From Verrucomicrobiaceae bacterium (lineage in GTDB: Bacteria; Verrucomicrobiota; Verrucomicrobiia; Chthoniobacterales; JAATET01): a stretch of 64,000 nt of DNA. The notes below the pieces were generated by a model, which was not told the origin of the DNA, did no database searches, and saw nothing but the letters and a program-made list of their open reading frames with translations. Positions 1 to 8,441 of the stretch are shown here, in pieces (position 1 is the first letter of the stretch; each line of letters starts with the position of its first letter). The position numbers and the translations under genes are program-made. The DNA lies in assembly GCA_027488755.1 (NCBI GenBank), contig JAIYAZ010000135.1, positions 31,382 to 95,381 on the forward strand, given 5' to 3'.

Positions 1-1
1 T

Positions 2-253
2 CCCTACGAGTGCGGCGTGATTCCGAACCTCGATCCGCAGCCGCGGTTCAGCGTGAAGTTCTATCTCGTGGCGATGCTGTTCATCCTGTTCGATATCGAA
101 ATTGTCTTTATGTATCCTTGGGCGGTGGCGTTCACGCAGACGATTGCCACGCACGGTCAGTTGATCCTGGGCAGCATGTTGCTGTTCGTGGTGGTGCTGC
201 TGTTTGGCTACATTTACGCGATCAAAAAGGGCGCGCTGGACTGGTCCCGCTAG
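2..253 (+). CDS. nuoA: NADH-quinone oxidoreductase subunit A (5'-truncated by the window edge)
   Basis: PYECG...[28 protein letters not shown]...KKGALDW is the NuoA/ND3 signature. Confidence 0.95.
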   Translation, partial: PYECGVIPNLDPQPRFSVKFYLVAMLFILFDIEIVFMYPWAVAFTQTIATHGQLILGSMLLFVVVLLFGYIYAIKKGALDWSR

Positions 254-289
254 GCCGTTGATCCGCCCGCGCCGTTTTCGTTTTTCGCG

Positions 290-607
290 ATGATTCACCA
301 TCTCGTCCTGTTCAAGCTCAAGCCCGGGGTGGACGACGAAAAGGTGGAGTGGATGATGCGGCAGACGCGCATTCAGCTGCTGAAGATTCCGGAGGTGCGC
401 AACGTGAAGTGCGGCAAGCCGGTGACACCGAATGCGGAGTGGCCGTTTTTTCTGTCGGTGGATGTCGAGAGCATGGAGAAGCTCGCGGTTTACCGGGACG
501 ACCCGAATCACGTGAAGTTCGTGGAGGAGGTCATTCGCCCGAACACGACGGAGCGGATCGCGATCGACTACGAGATGGATCCGGGCAAGGATGTGAGGTA
601 TTCCTGA
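290..607 (+). CDS. Dabb family (stress-responsive alpha/beta barrel) protein
   Basis: MIHHLVLFKLK N-terminus and YRDDPNHVKFV motif typical of the Dabb domain; 105 aa. Confidence 0.85.
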   Translation: MIHHLVLFKLKPGVDDEKVEWMMRQTRIQLLKIPEVRNVKCGKPVTPNAEWPFFLSVDVESMEKLAVYRDDPNHVKFVEEVIRPNTTERIAIDYEMDPGKDVRYS

Positions 608-1950
608 AGCCGGTCGGCGGCGAAGGCGATTTCCTCGTCTGAGGTCGCGAAGGCGGGGGCCAGGGAGAGAACGTTGCCGGCGGGTCCGCCGGCGAGCAGC
701 AGCAGGCCGTCGCGGAGGGCGGTCGTGACGATGCGGCCGGCGAGCGGGGCATTTGGGGCGCCGGTGGCGTCGATGAGTTCGAGCCCGTGCATGAGGCCGA
801 GGCCGCGCACGTCGCCGAGGGCCGGGGCGCGCAACCGCTGGAGCCGGGAGGTCCAGGCGGCGCTGGTGGCGGCCACGGTGGCGGCGGTTTCCGGGCGGAG
901 GTGTTCGTCGAGGGAGGCGAGGGCCATGGCGCAACCGACGGGGTGGCCGAGGTAGGTGCTGGTGTGGAGAGCTTCGCCGGTGCTTTCGGGCCAGGCGTCC
1001 ATGATCTCGCGACGGCCGACGCAGGCGGAGAGCGGGAAGCCGGAGGTGAGGCCCTTGCCGAGGCAGATGAGGTCGGGGATGACGCCGGAGTGTTCGCAGG
1101 CGAAGAGGCGGCCGGTGCGGTGGAAGCCGGTGTAGATTTCGTCGAGGATGAGGAGGACGCCGTGGGCGTCGGCGAGTTCCCGCAGGAGGGGGAGAAAGGC
1201 GGCGGGGGGGACGATGTCGCCGCCGCGGCCCTGGACGGGTTCGACGAGGATGGCGCCGATGGGGTGCTGGCGGATGGTGGCGTCGATTTCGCGGCGGAGG
1301 GTGTCCAGGCAGGCCGGGGAGCAGGCGGGGAACGGGGTGCCGAGGCGAGAGGCGTCGCGGCAGTCGAAGGGGCAGCGGCGGCAGGAGGGGTAGGGGAGGG
1401 TGACGGCGAAGGGGGCGAGCTGGGAGGCGAAGGGGGTTTGAAAATACGGGAGGCCGCCGGCGGCGAGAGCGCCGTGGCCGAGGCCGTGGTAGCCGCCGGT
1501 GAAGGAGATGATGCCGGGGCGGCCGCGGTGGAGAAGGGCGGTTTTGAGGGCGGCTTCTACGGCGTCGGAGCCGGAGCAGCCGAGGAGGGTGCGGGCTTCG
1601 CCGGCGCCCCAGCGTTCGAAGGTGATCGCGCTGAGGCGGCGGCACAGTTCAACTTTTTCCCGGGTGGGGTGGACGTCGCCCATGGCGTGGAGCAGGCGGT
1701 CGGCCTGGGCGTGGAGGGCGGCGCGGACGGGGGCGGGGCCGTGGCCGAGGCCGGAGACGGCGAAGGCGGAGGTGAGGTCGAGGAAGCGGTTGCCGTCGAC
1801 GTCCCAGACGTTGGTGCCGGCGGCGCGTTCCCAGAAGACGGGGAAGTCGTTGCCGAGGTAGGTGACGTTGCGGGACTCGTGGCGCCGGAGTTCCGCGGCG
1901 AGGCGGCGGGACTCGGGTCCGGGGATGGCGGTCCGCAGTTCCGGGAGCAT
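568..1950 (-). CDS. Class III PLP-dependent aminotransferase (GabT/ArgD-like)
   Basis: WDVDGNRFLD, SGSDAVEAALK, ILVEPVQGRGG, DEIYTGFHRTG, LGKGLTSGFPLSA (PLP lysine); ATG at 1950 overlaps the upstream stop (TGATG). Confidence 0.9.
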   Translation of the reverse strand: MLPELRTAIPGPESRRLAAELRRHESRNVTYLGNDFPVFWERAAGTNVWDVDGNRFLDLTSAFAVSGLGHGPAPVRAALHAQADRLLHAMGDVHPTREKVELCRRLSAITFERWGAGEARTLLGCSGSDAVEAALKTALLHRGRPGIISFTGGYHGLGHGALAAGGLPYFQTPFASQLAPFAVTLPYPSCRRCPFDCRDASRLGTPFPACSPACLDTLRREIDATIRQHPIGAILVEPVQGRGGDIVPPAAFLPLLRELADAHGVLLILDEIYTGFHRTGRLFACEHSGVIPDLICLGKGLTSGFPLSACVGRREIMDAWPESTGEALHTSTYLGHPVGCAMALASLDEHLRPETAATVAATSAAWTSRLQRLRAPALGDVRGLGLMHGLELIDATGAPNAPLAGRIVTTALRDGLLLLAGGPAGNVLSLAPAFATSDEEIAFAADRLQEYLTSLPGSIS

Positions 1951-3371
1951 CAGGCCGCGCGGGCTTGGCTGGGGCGGGTGAGCAGGGCGGCGTAGAGTGC
2001 CTCGGTTTCGGCGGCGGTGGCGGCCCAGGAGAAGTCGGTGGTCATGGCCTGGTCGGCGAGGGCGGTCCAGGCGTTGGCCTCGGCGCGGAGGGTGTGGACG
2101 TGGCGGAGGGCGTCGACGAGGGCGTCGCCGGTGGGGAGGTAGAACGGGCGGAGGCAGCCGGCGGGGGCGAGGGCGTGGAGGCCGCCGCAGGCGAGGGCGA
2201 CGGGGAGGGTGCCGTAGCGGAGGGCGCGGCGGAAGAGGGTGGCGTCGGGCGCGACGGGGGCGGGGAGGAGGAGGGCGTCGGAGCCGGCGAGGGCGAGGCG
2301 GAGGGTGGCTTCGTCGGCGTCGGGCAGCCAGACGAAGTGGCCGGCGTGTTTGCGGCGGGCGAATTCGAGGGCGGCGCGGTGGTCGTCGCCGGTGGGGCCG
2401 AGGAGGGCGAGGCGGGCGCCGGATTCCACGAGCCGGTCGAGGGCGGGGAGGAGCGGGCCGAGGCCGGGGTTCGTCATGGCCGCGGTGGGGGTGAGGAGGT
2501 GGAGGCGGCCGGGCTGGAGGCCGGCGCGGGTGAGCCAGGGCTTGAGGTTGCCGGATTTCGCGGCGGCGGTTTTGTAGCGTTTGGGGAGGGCTTTGTCGGT
2601 GGCGGGGTTCCAGTCCTCGAGGTCGAGGCCGTTGGCGATGCCTTCGAGTTTGGCGGATTGTTCGCGGAGGACGGGGTCGAGGCCGCAGCCGTGGAGGGGG
2701 GTGCGGGCTTCGGCGACGTAGCGGGGGCCGGGGAGGACGACGCGGTGGGCGGAGAGGATGCCGCCCTTGAGGAGGTTCATGCTGCCGAAGTATTCGAGCC
2801 CGCGGGGAGAGAACCATTCGCCGGGGAGGCAGGTGAGGCCGAAGTCGTAGCTCCAGAAGTTGCCCTGGTAGGCGAGGGTGTGGGCGGAGAGGACGGTGCG
2901 GTAGGGGAGGCGTTGCTCGGCGCAGAAGACGGGGACGAGGGCGGCCTGCCAGTTGTGGGCGTGGACGATTTCGGGGGCGGGGTCCATGCGGCGGGCGAGT
3001 TCGACGACGCCGCGGGAGAAAAAGATGAAGCGGGCGGCGTTGTCCTGGTAGTCGCCGTCCTCGGAGCCGTAGAGGCCGGAGCGGTCGAAGTATTCGTCGC
3101 GTTCGATGAAGAAGACCTGCACGCCCTCGGGGGTGCGGAGTTCGCGGATGGTGGCGGGCAGGCGGCCGGCGCCGACGGGGACGGTGAATTTCGCGCCGGT
3201 GCGGCGGGCCTTGGCGGCGCCGTTTTCGCGGGCGGTGCGGTAGAAGGGGACGGCGATGCTGACGTCGTGGCCGCGGGCGGCGAGGCCGGAGGCGAGGGCG
3301 CTCATGGCGGCGCCGAATTCTCCGGTTCCGGTGAAGGGCGCGAGCTCCGAGGCGGCGAGAAGAATCTTCAT
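1950..3371 (-). CDS. Glycogen/starch synthase-like protein (GT5) with degenerate catalytic motifs
   Basis: MKILLAASELAPF, YFDRSGLYG..DYQDNAARFIFF, LAYQG, NLLKGGI, GIANGLDLEDWNPATD and DFSW match GlgA; KTGGL, HDW, R..K and EPCGL motifs are altered. Confidence 0.85.
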   Translation of the reverse strand: MKILLAASELAPFTGTGEFGAAMSALASGLAARGHDVSIAVPFYRTARENGAAKARRTGAKFTVPVGAGRLPATIRELRTPEGVQVFFIERDEYFDRSGLYGSEDGDYQDNAARFIFFSRGVVELARRMDPAPEIVHAHNWQAALVPVFCAEQRLPYRTVLSAHTLAYQGNFWSYDFGLTCLPGEWFSPRGLEYFGSMNLLKGGILSAHRVVLPGPRYVAEARTPLHGCGLDPVLREQSAKLEGIANGLDLEDWNPATDKALPKRYKTAAAKSGNLKPWLTRAGLQPGRLHLLTPTAAMTNPGLGPLLPALDRLVESGARLALLGPTGDDHRAALEFARRKHAGHFVWLPDADEATLRLALAGSDALLLPAPVAPDATLFRRALRYGTLPVALACGGLHALAPAGCLRPFYLPTGDALVDALRHVHTLRAEANAWTALADQAMTTDFSWAATAAETEALYAALLTRPSQARAA

Positions 3372-3439
3372 GGATGCGGGGATGGTGATACCGGATTTTG
3401 CCCGGCGAGGCCAGCGTGGGCGTGCGGGAGGATTTGCGG

Positions 3440-3467
3440 TTGCAATCCGGGCGCGGGCCGATAGGCT
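3440..3467 (+). promoter_or_regulatory. Putative sigma70 promoter of tRNA-Ser
   Basis: TTGCAA-N16-TAGGCT ending 19 nt before the tRNA 5' end. Confidence 0.55.
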
Positions 3468-3486
3468 GCCAATCCCGCGATACAAA

Positions 3487-3578
3487 GGAAGGGTGGCTGA
3501 GTCCGGTTTAAGGCACACGACTCGAAATCGTGCGTAGGGTTAAACCTACCGTGGGTTCGAATCCCACCCCTTCCGCCA
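3487..3578 (+). tRNA. tRNA-Ser (anticodon CGA)
   Basis: Acceptor GGAAGGG/CCCTTCC, anticodon arm CACGA-CT CGA AA-TCGTG, long variable arm, GTTCGAATC T-loop, G discriminator, encoded CCA. Confidence 0.97.
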
Positions 3579-3588
3579 CGCGGTTTTC

Positions 3589-4959
3589 ATGGCGACGAGT
3601 TCCCGGTTTTGCCCCTTTCCTGAGGATTTTCTTTGGGGTTCGGCCACGGCAGCGTTCCAAGTTGAGGGAGCGGCGGCCATTGAAGGGCGTGGTCCCTCCA
3701 CGTGGGACACATTTTGCCGGCGTCCGGGTGCGGTGCTGGATGACGCGAACGCCGATGTCGCGTGCGATCATTATCATCGCTACCGCGAGGATGTGGCGCT
3801 GATGCGGGATCTCGGGCTGAAGGCCTATCGGTTTTCGGTGTCGTGGTCGCGGGTGCTGCCGGAGGGCACGGGGAGCGTGAATGCGGCGGGTCTCGATTTT
3901 TACGAGCGGCTGGTGGATGAACTGCTTGCGGCGGGGATTCAACCGTGGCTGACGTTGTTCCACTGGGATCTGCCGCAGGCCTTGGAGGATCGCTTTGGCG
4001 GGTGGGAGTCGGCGGAGTGTGCGCGGGCGTTCGCGGATTATGCGGAGTTGGTGACGCGGCGGCTGGGCGATCGTCTGGCCGGGGTGTTCACGTTCAACGA
4101 ATTCATGTGCTTCCTCGACAAGGGGTATGGGTTTTCGGAGGAGGCGTTTGCTCCCGGCAAGCGGACGACGCGGCAGGTGCTGAACCAGGCCCGGCATCAT
4201 GCCCTGCTGGCGCACGGGCTCGCGGTGCAGGCGGTGCGGGCGGCGGCGCCGAAGCCGCTGGCGGTCGGGCTGGCCGAGAACACTCCGCCGTGCATTCCGG
4301 TGATGGACACCCCGGAGCACATCGCGGCGGCGCGGGCGGCCCTGCGGGAGCTGAGCGGGATGTTTTTAACGCCGATTTTCGAGGGGGCCTATCATCCGGT
4401 CTACCTTGCCCGGGAGGGGGCGGACGCGCCCCGGTTCTCGGAGGAGGAGATGCGGGTGATCGCGCAGCCGCTGGATTTTCTGGGCTTCAACCTTTATTCG
4501 GGCAGCTACATCCGCCACGACGCGGAGCAGCCGGGCGGTTGGTCGGAGGTGCCGAGCGGGCCGGAGTTTCCGAGGATGCCGATCCCCTGGCTCAATCTCG
4601 GGCCGGCGGGTCTTTACTGGATGCCGCGACTGGCGACGGAGCTGTGGGGGCCGAAGGCGATTTACGTGACGGAGAACGGGACGCCGTATCCGGACCGGCC
4701 GGACGCGAACGGGGAGATTTGGGACACGGCGCGCGTGATGTTTCTCCAGCAGTATCTCATGCACGCGCACCGCGCGACGGCGGAGGGTTATCCGCTCAAG
4801 GGCTACTTTTTGTGGAGTCTGATGGACAACTTCGAGTGGGCGTTCGGCTACTCGAAGCGGTTCGGGATTTGTTACACCAATTTTGAAACGCTGGAGCGCA
4901 CGCCGAAGTTGAGTGCGAAGTTTTACCGGGACGTGATTCGGCGCAACGCGCTGGGCTAG
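3589..4959 (+). CDS. GH1 beta-glucosidase
   Basis: FPEDFLWGSATAAFQVEG, YRFSVSWSRVLP, TFNEF (acid/base), YVTENG (nucleophile), WSLMDNFEW. Confidence 0.95.
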   Translation: MATSSRFCPFPEDFLWGSATAAFQVEGAAAIEGRGPSTWDTFCRRPGAVLDDANADVACDHYHRYREDVALMRDLGLKAYRFSVSWSRVLPEGTGSVNAAGLDFYERLVDELLAAGIQPWLTLFHWDLPQALEDRFGGWESAECARAFADYAELVTRRLGDRLAGVFTFNEFMCFLDKGYGFSEEAFAPGKRTTRQVLNQARHHALLAHGLAVQAVRAAAPKPLAVGLAENTPPCIPVMDTPEHIAAARAALRELSGMFLTPIFEGAYHPVYLAREGADAPRFSEEEMRVIAQPLDFLGFNLYSGSYIRHDAEQPGGWSEVPSGPEFPRMPIPWLNLGPAGLYWMPRLATELWGPKAIYVTENGTPYPDRPDANGEIWDTARVMFLQQYLMHAHRATAEGYPLKGYFLWSLMDNFEWAFGYSKRFGICYTNFETLERTPKLSAKFYRDVIRRNALG

Positions 4960-6272
4960 GCGGCGGTGTCCGTCGCGGGCAGGAGGGTGATCAGGACCTT
5001 GTCGACGCGGAGGCGGTCCATGTCGATGATTTCGAAGCGGCAGCCGTGGGCGTCGAAGGTTTCGCCTTCCTTGGGGATGTGGCCGAGTTGGGAGCAGACG
5101 TAGCCGCCGAGGGTGGTGCAGCGGCGTTGCTCCGCTTCGGTGAGGACGAGGGCGGGCAGGATGTCGTGGAGTTCCTCGATGCCGACAAGGGCGTCGACGA
5201 GGAGGGAGCCGTCGGCGCGGCGGAGGTAGGAGGCCGGGGCGGTGCGACCGGGCTCGGGGAGTTCGCCGACGATGGCTTCGAGCAGGTCGTTGATGGTGAC
5301 GAGGCCGCAGATGCCGCCGAATTCGTCGGTGACGAGGGCGAGGTGGCGGCCGTCGCGTTTGAAGGTCTCGAGGAGGTGGATGGCGGACTGGCTCTCGGGG
5401 ACGAGGAGGGCGGGGGTGACGAGGTCGCGGACTTGGACGGGGACGCCGGCGGCGAGGTGGGCGTAGATGCTTTTGACGGAGAGGATGCCGAGGACGTGGT
5501 CGGGGCGGTCCTCGTAGACGGGGAAGTGAGTGTGATGGCTGACGACGATTTTGTGCCAGATGTCCTCGTGGGATTCCGCGACATCGATCCAGACGATGCG
5601 GGGGCGTTTGGTCATGAGGTCGCGGACGTGGAGGCGGTCGAGGCCGAGGACGCTCTCGACCATTTCGGTCTCGGCGCGGTGGAAGACGCCGGCGCGGAAG
5701 CCTTCGCGCACCAGGCCGGTGACCTCCTCGTCGGTGATGGGGGCGGCATTCTGCTCGCGCACGCGCAGGACGCGGAGGAGGACCTCGGTGGAGCCGCCGA
5801 GAATGCGGACGACGGGGGAGGCGATGCGCGAGAGCACGAGCATGGGCGGGGCGACGAGGCAGGCGATGGGCTCGGCGTGCTGGAGGGCGATGCGTTTGGG
5901 GACGAGTTCCCCGACGACGAGGGAGAAGTAGGTGATGCCGATGACGACGACGGCGAGGGCGAGGTGGGCGGCGTAGGGGCCGACGCCGGGGAGGGGGGAA
6001 AGGGCGGCGGCGATTTCGTCGGCGAGGGTGGCGCCGCCGAAGGCGCCGGCGAAGATGCCGATGAGGGTGATGCCGACCTGGACGGTGGAGAGGAAGCGGT
6101 TGGGGGTGGCGGTGAGCTCGAGGGCGCTGGCGGCGCCGGGGCGGCCGGAGTCGGCGAGGTTTCGCAGGCGGGCGGGCCGCGCGGAGACGAGGGCCATTTC
6201 GCTCATGGCAAAGACGCCGTTCGCGAGGAGCAGGAGCGCGATGATGAGAAGTTCGAGGACGATGATGTTCAT
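4956..6272 (-). CDS. HlyC/CorC (CNNM + CBS + CorC_HlyC) family protein
   Basis: NGVFAMSEMALVS, FLSTVQVGITL, GELVPKRIA, CBS pair (HTHFPVY; VTDEFGG), TTLGGYV, IDMDRLRVDKV. Confidence 0.92.
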   Translation of the reverse strand: MNIIVLELLIIALLLLANGVFAMSEMALVSARPARLRNLADSGRPGAASALELTATPNRFLSTVQVGITLIGIFAGAFGGATLADEIAAALSPLPGVGPYAAHLALAVVVIGITYFSLVVGELVPKRIALQHAEPIACLVAPPMLVLSRIASPVVRILGGSTEVLLRVLRVREQNAAPITDEEVTGLVREGFRAGVFHRAETEMVESVLGLDRLHVRDLMTKRPRIVWIDVAESHEDIWHKIVVSHHTHFPVYEDRPDHVLGILSVKSIYAHLAAGVPVQVRDLVTPALLVPESQSAIHLLETFKRDGRHLALVTDEFGGICGLVTINDLLEAIVGELPEPGRTAPASYLRRADGSLLVDALVGIEELHDILPALVLTEAEQRRCTTLGGYVCSQLGHIPKEGETFDAHGCRFEIIDMDRLRVDKVLITLLPATDTAA

Positions 6273-6392
6273 GCGGACGCGGAGAGATTAGGGCGGGTTG
6301 GCGGGGGCGCAACCGGCGAATCGCGGCGGGGGCTTTGGCGAAAATCGTCGCGGGCCCTTGCGCGCGGGCGAAATCTCGCAATAGTCCGCGCC

Positions 6393-7346
6393 ATGTCGAC
6401 GACCCTCTCCCCGGAACAGCAGGAAGCTCTTTTCACCGTTTGCGTGAGCGCGGCGTTTGCCGATGGCGCGAAAAGCGAGGTGGAGCGGGCGGAGATCAAG
6501 CGGATCGCGGACGATTTGCTTTCGCCGGAGGTGGGCACGGCGGCGATCTACCAGCGGGTGCTGATGGGTCAGGTGGATCTGGCGGCGGTGGCGGCTCCGT
6601 TGGCGGCGCCGGGGTTGCGTGAGTTGGCCTACGAGATGGCGGTCGGCGTGTGTGACGCGGATGACGCGACGAGCGAGGCGGAGCGGGCGTTTTTGGGGCG
6701 GTTGGCCGGAGCGCTGGGGATCGCGGCGGGTGCGGCGGCGGAGGTGGAGACGACGGCGGAGAGCATGGCGCTGGCTCCGGTGGCTGCGCCGGGGGAGGCG
6801 GCGGTCGCCCCGGTGATCGCGGAGGATGCGCGGGTGAAGGAGGCGGACGCGCTGACGTTGAAATACGCGATTCTGAACGGCGCGCTGGAGTTGCTGCCGG
6901 AGACGCTGGCGACGATGGCGATTGTGCCGTTGCAGATGCAGTTGGTGTATCGGGTGGGGCGGATTTACGGCGTGGCGCTGGACCGCGGGCACATCAAGGA
7001 GTTTCTCGCGGCGGCGGGGGTGGGGCTGACGTCGCAGGTGGTGGAGGGGTATGCGCGGAAGATTCTGGGTGGGCTGATGGGCCGTTCGTTGGGCAAGCTG
7101 GGCCGGGGCGCGGTGGATCAGGCGGCGAGTTCGGCGTTTTCGTTCGCCTCGACGTATGCGCTCGGGAAGCTGGCGCAGGTTTATTACGCGGGGGGACGGC
7201 GGCTTGACGGGGGCCAGATGAAGGCGAATTTCCAGCCGCTGCTGGATCAGGCGAAGGCGCTGCACGGTCAGTATGCGCCGCGGATTCAGCAGGAGGCCGC
7301 GCAACTGGATTTGAAGAAGGTGCTGGCGTCCGTGCGCGGGGTGTAG
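6393..7346 (+). CDS. TerB-like domain fused to a DUF697/YcjF-like C-terminal domain
   Basis: AAFADG..SEVE and VCDADDATSEAERAFL TerB motifs; C-terminal IVPLQMQLVYRVGRIYG...ASTYALGKLA; ATG at 6393. Confidence 0.75.
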   Translation: MSTTLSPEQQEALFTVCVSAAFADGAKSEVERAEIKRIADDLLSPEVGTAAIYQRVLMGQVDLAAVAAPLAAPGLRELAYEMAVGVCDADDATSEAERAFLGRLAGALGIAAGAAAEVETTAESMALAPVAAPGEAAVAPVIAEDARVKEADALTLKYAILNGALELLPETLATMAIVPLQMQLVYRVGRIYGVALDRGHIKEFLAAAGVGLTSQVVEGYARKILGGLMGRSLGKLGRGAVDQAASSAFSFASTYALGKLAQVYYAGGRRLDGGQMKANFQPLLDQAKALHGQYAPRIQQEAAQLDLKKVLASVRGV

Positions 7347-7370
7347 CCGGCGCGGCGCAGCGGGGTGGGA

Positions 7371-8441
7371 TCAGGTCGTGTAGGCTTCGCCGAGGCCGAG
7401 GCGGCCGAGTTCCTGCCGGTAGGCGATGGAGGTGCGGTCGGCGCGGATGTGGACTTCCTCGAGGAGGTCGATGGGGAGGTCCTCGGGGTATTGGGCCTGC
7501 ACGATGGCGCGGTCCTCGTTGAAGATCGTGACGTTGTAGTCGATGAAGGGTTCGAGGGGCTGGTCGGTGTCGTAGTTGCGCAGAAGCGGGGCGAAGAGGC
7601 GGGTCTGGCGCGCGGAGACGGGCGAGGCGCAGTCGAGGATGACGAGGTGGGCGCCGTCGGGGAGGTGGACCTTGAGGCGGGTGGCGAAGGGGAGGAAGCA
7701 GTCGAAGACGCGGAGGACGCCCTCTTCGGGCGGGGCTTCGGTGCCGTCCTGCCGAAGGTAGTTGCCGACGGTGCTGCGGTATTCGATGTGGAGGCCGTGG
7801 GGGGCGCGTTCGACGGGGTAGTTCGGGACGTAGGGGTTGTTGGGGTCGCCGAAGGTGTTCGCGTGGAGGAAGGCGAAGTGGGCGACGTCCATGAAACCTT
7901 CGAGCTGGCGGCCGGCGGAGCAGGCGATGTCGAGGGGGTCGGGGAGGGCCTGCTGGTAGGCGGGGTCGTCCCACTCGGGGAGCTCGGGGAAGGTGCCGGC
8001 GGGTTCGGCGGCGAGGCAGGTCCAGACGAGGCCGTAGGCTTCGCGGACGGGGTGGGTGGTGAGGCGGAGTTTGGGGGGGATGGCGGCGGAGGGGTGGGCG
8101 GGGATTTTGACGCATTGGCCGCAGGCGTCGTAGCGGAAGCCGTGGTAGGCGCAGACGAGGTCGCCGTTTTCGAGGGAGCCCATGCTAAGGGGGACGCCGC
8201 GGTGGAGGCAGAGGTCGTTGGCGCAGGTGAGGGTGTCGCTGGTGCGCCAGAGGACGAGGCGCTGGTCGAGGAGTTTGGCGGCGACGGGCTGGTCGGTGAC
8301 GTCGCGGCTGAGGGCGACGGGATACCAGAAGTTGGCGAGGATGCGCCAGTCGCTCTCGGCGAAGGTGCAGCCGCGGGGAAGGGGACCCGTGACGGGCGGG
8401 GGAAGGGGGACGCCCGGGGCGGAGGCGGCGGGGGCGCTCAT
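7371..8441 (-). CDS. Rieske non-heme iron oxygenase alpha subunit (VanA/Ndm-like demethylase group), copy 1
   Basis: Rieske CLHRG...CAYHG; EGFMDVAHFAFLH and FNED iron ligands; ATG at 8441. Confidence 0.9.
   Translation of the reverse strand: MSAPAASAPGVPLPPPVTGPLPRGCTFAESDWRILANFWYPVALSRDVTDQPVAAKLLDQRLVLWRTSDTLTCANDLCLHRGVPLSMGSLENGDLVCAYHGFRYDACGQCVKIPAHPSAAIPPKLRLTTHPVREAYGLVWTCLAAEPAGTFPELPEWDDPAYQQALPDPLDIACSAGRQLEGFMDVAHFAFLHANTFGDPNNPYVPNYPVERAPHGLHIEYRSTVGNYLRQDGTEAPPEEGVLRVFDCFLPFATRLKVHLPDGAHLVILDCASPVSARQTRLFAPLLRNYDTDQPLEPFIDYNVTIFNEDRAIVQAQYPEDLPIDLLEEVHIRADRTSIAYRQELGRLGLGEAYTT
8074..8217. repeat. 144-bp direct repeat, copy A (partner 9147..9290)
   Basis: Manual alignment gives 141/144 identity within the Rieske domain. 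Confidence 0.9.

Noticed and set aside
568-2817. Long N-terminal extensions in the ORF track (aminotransferase 749 aa, hemA 597 aa, folP 682 aa, cupin 793 aa, pta 644 aa)
   Set aside because: The extensions run through neighbouring genes; family motifs and stop/start overlaps place the real starts downstream, so these are not fusions.
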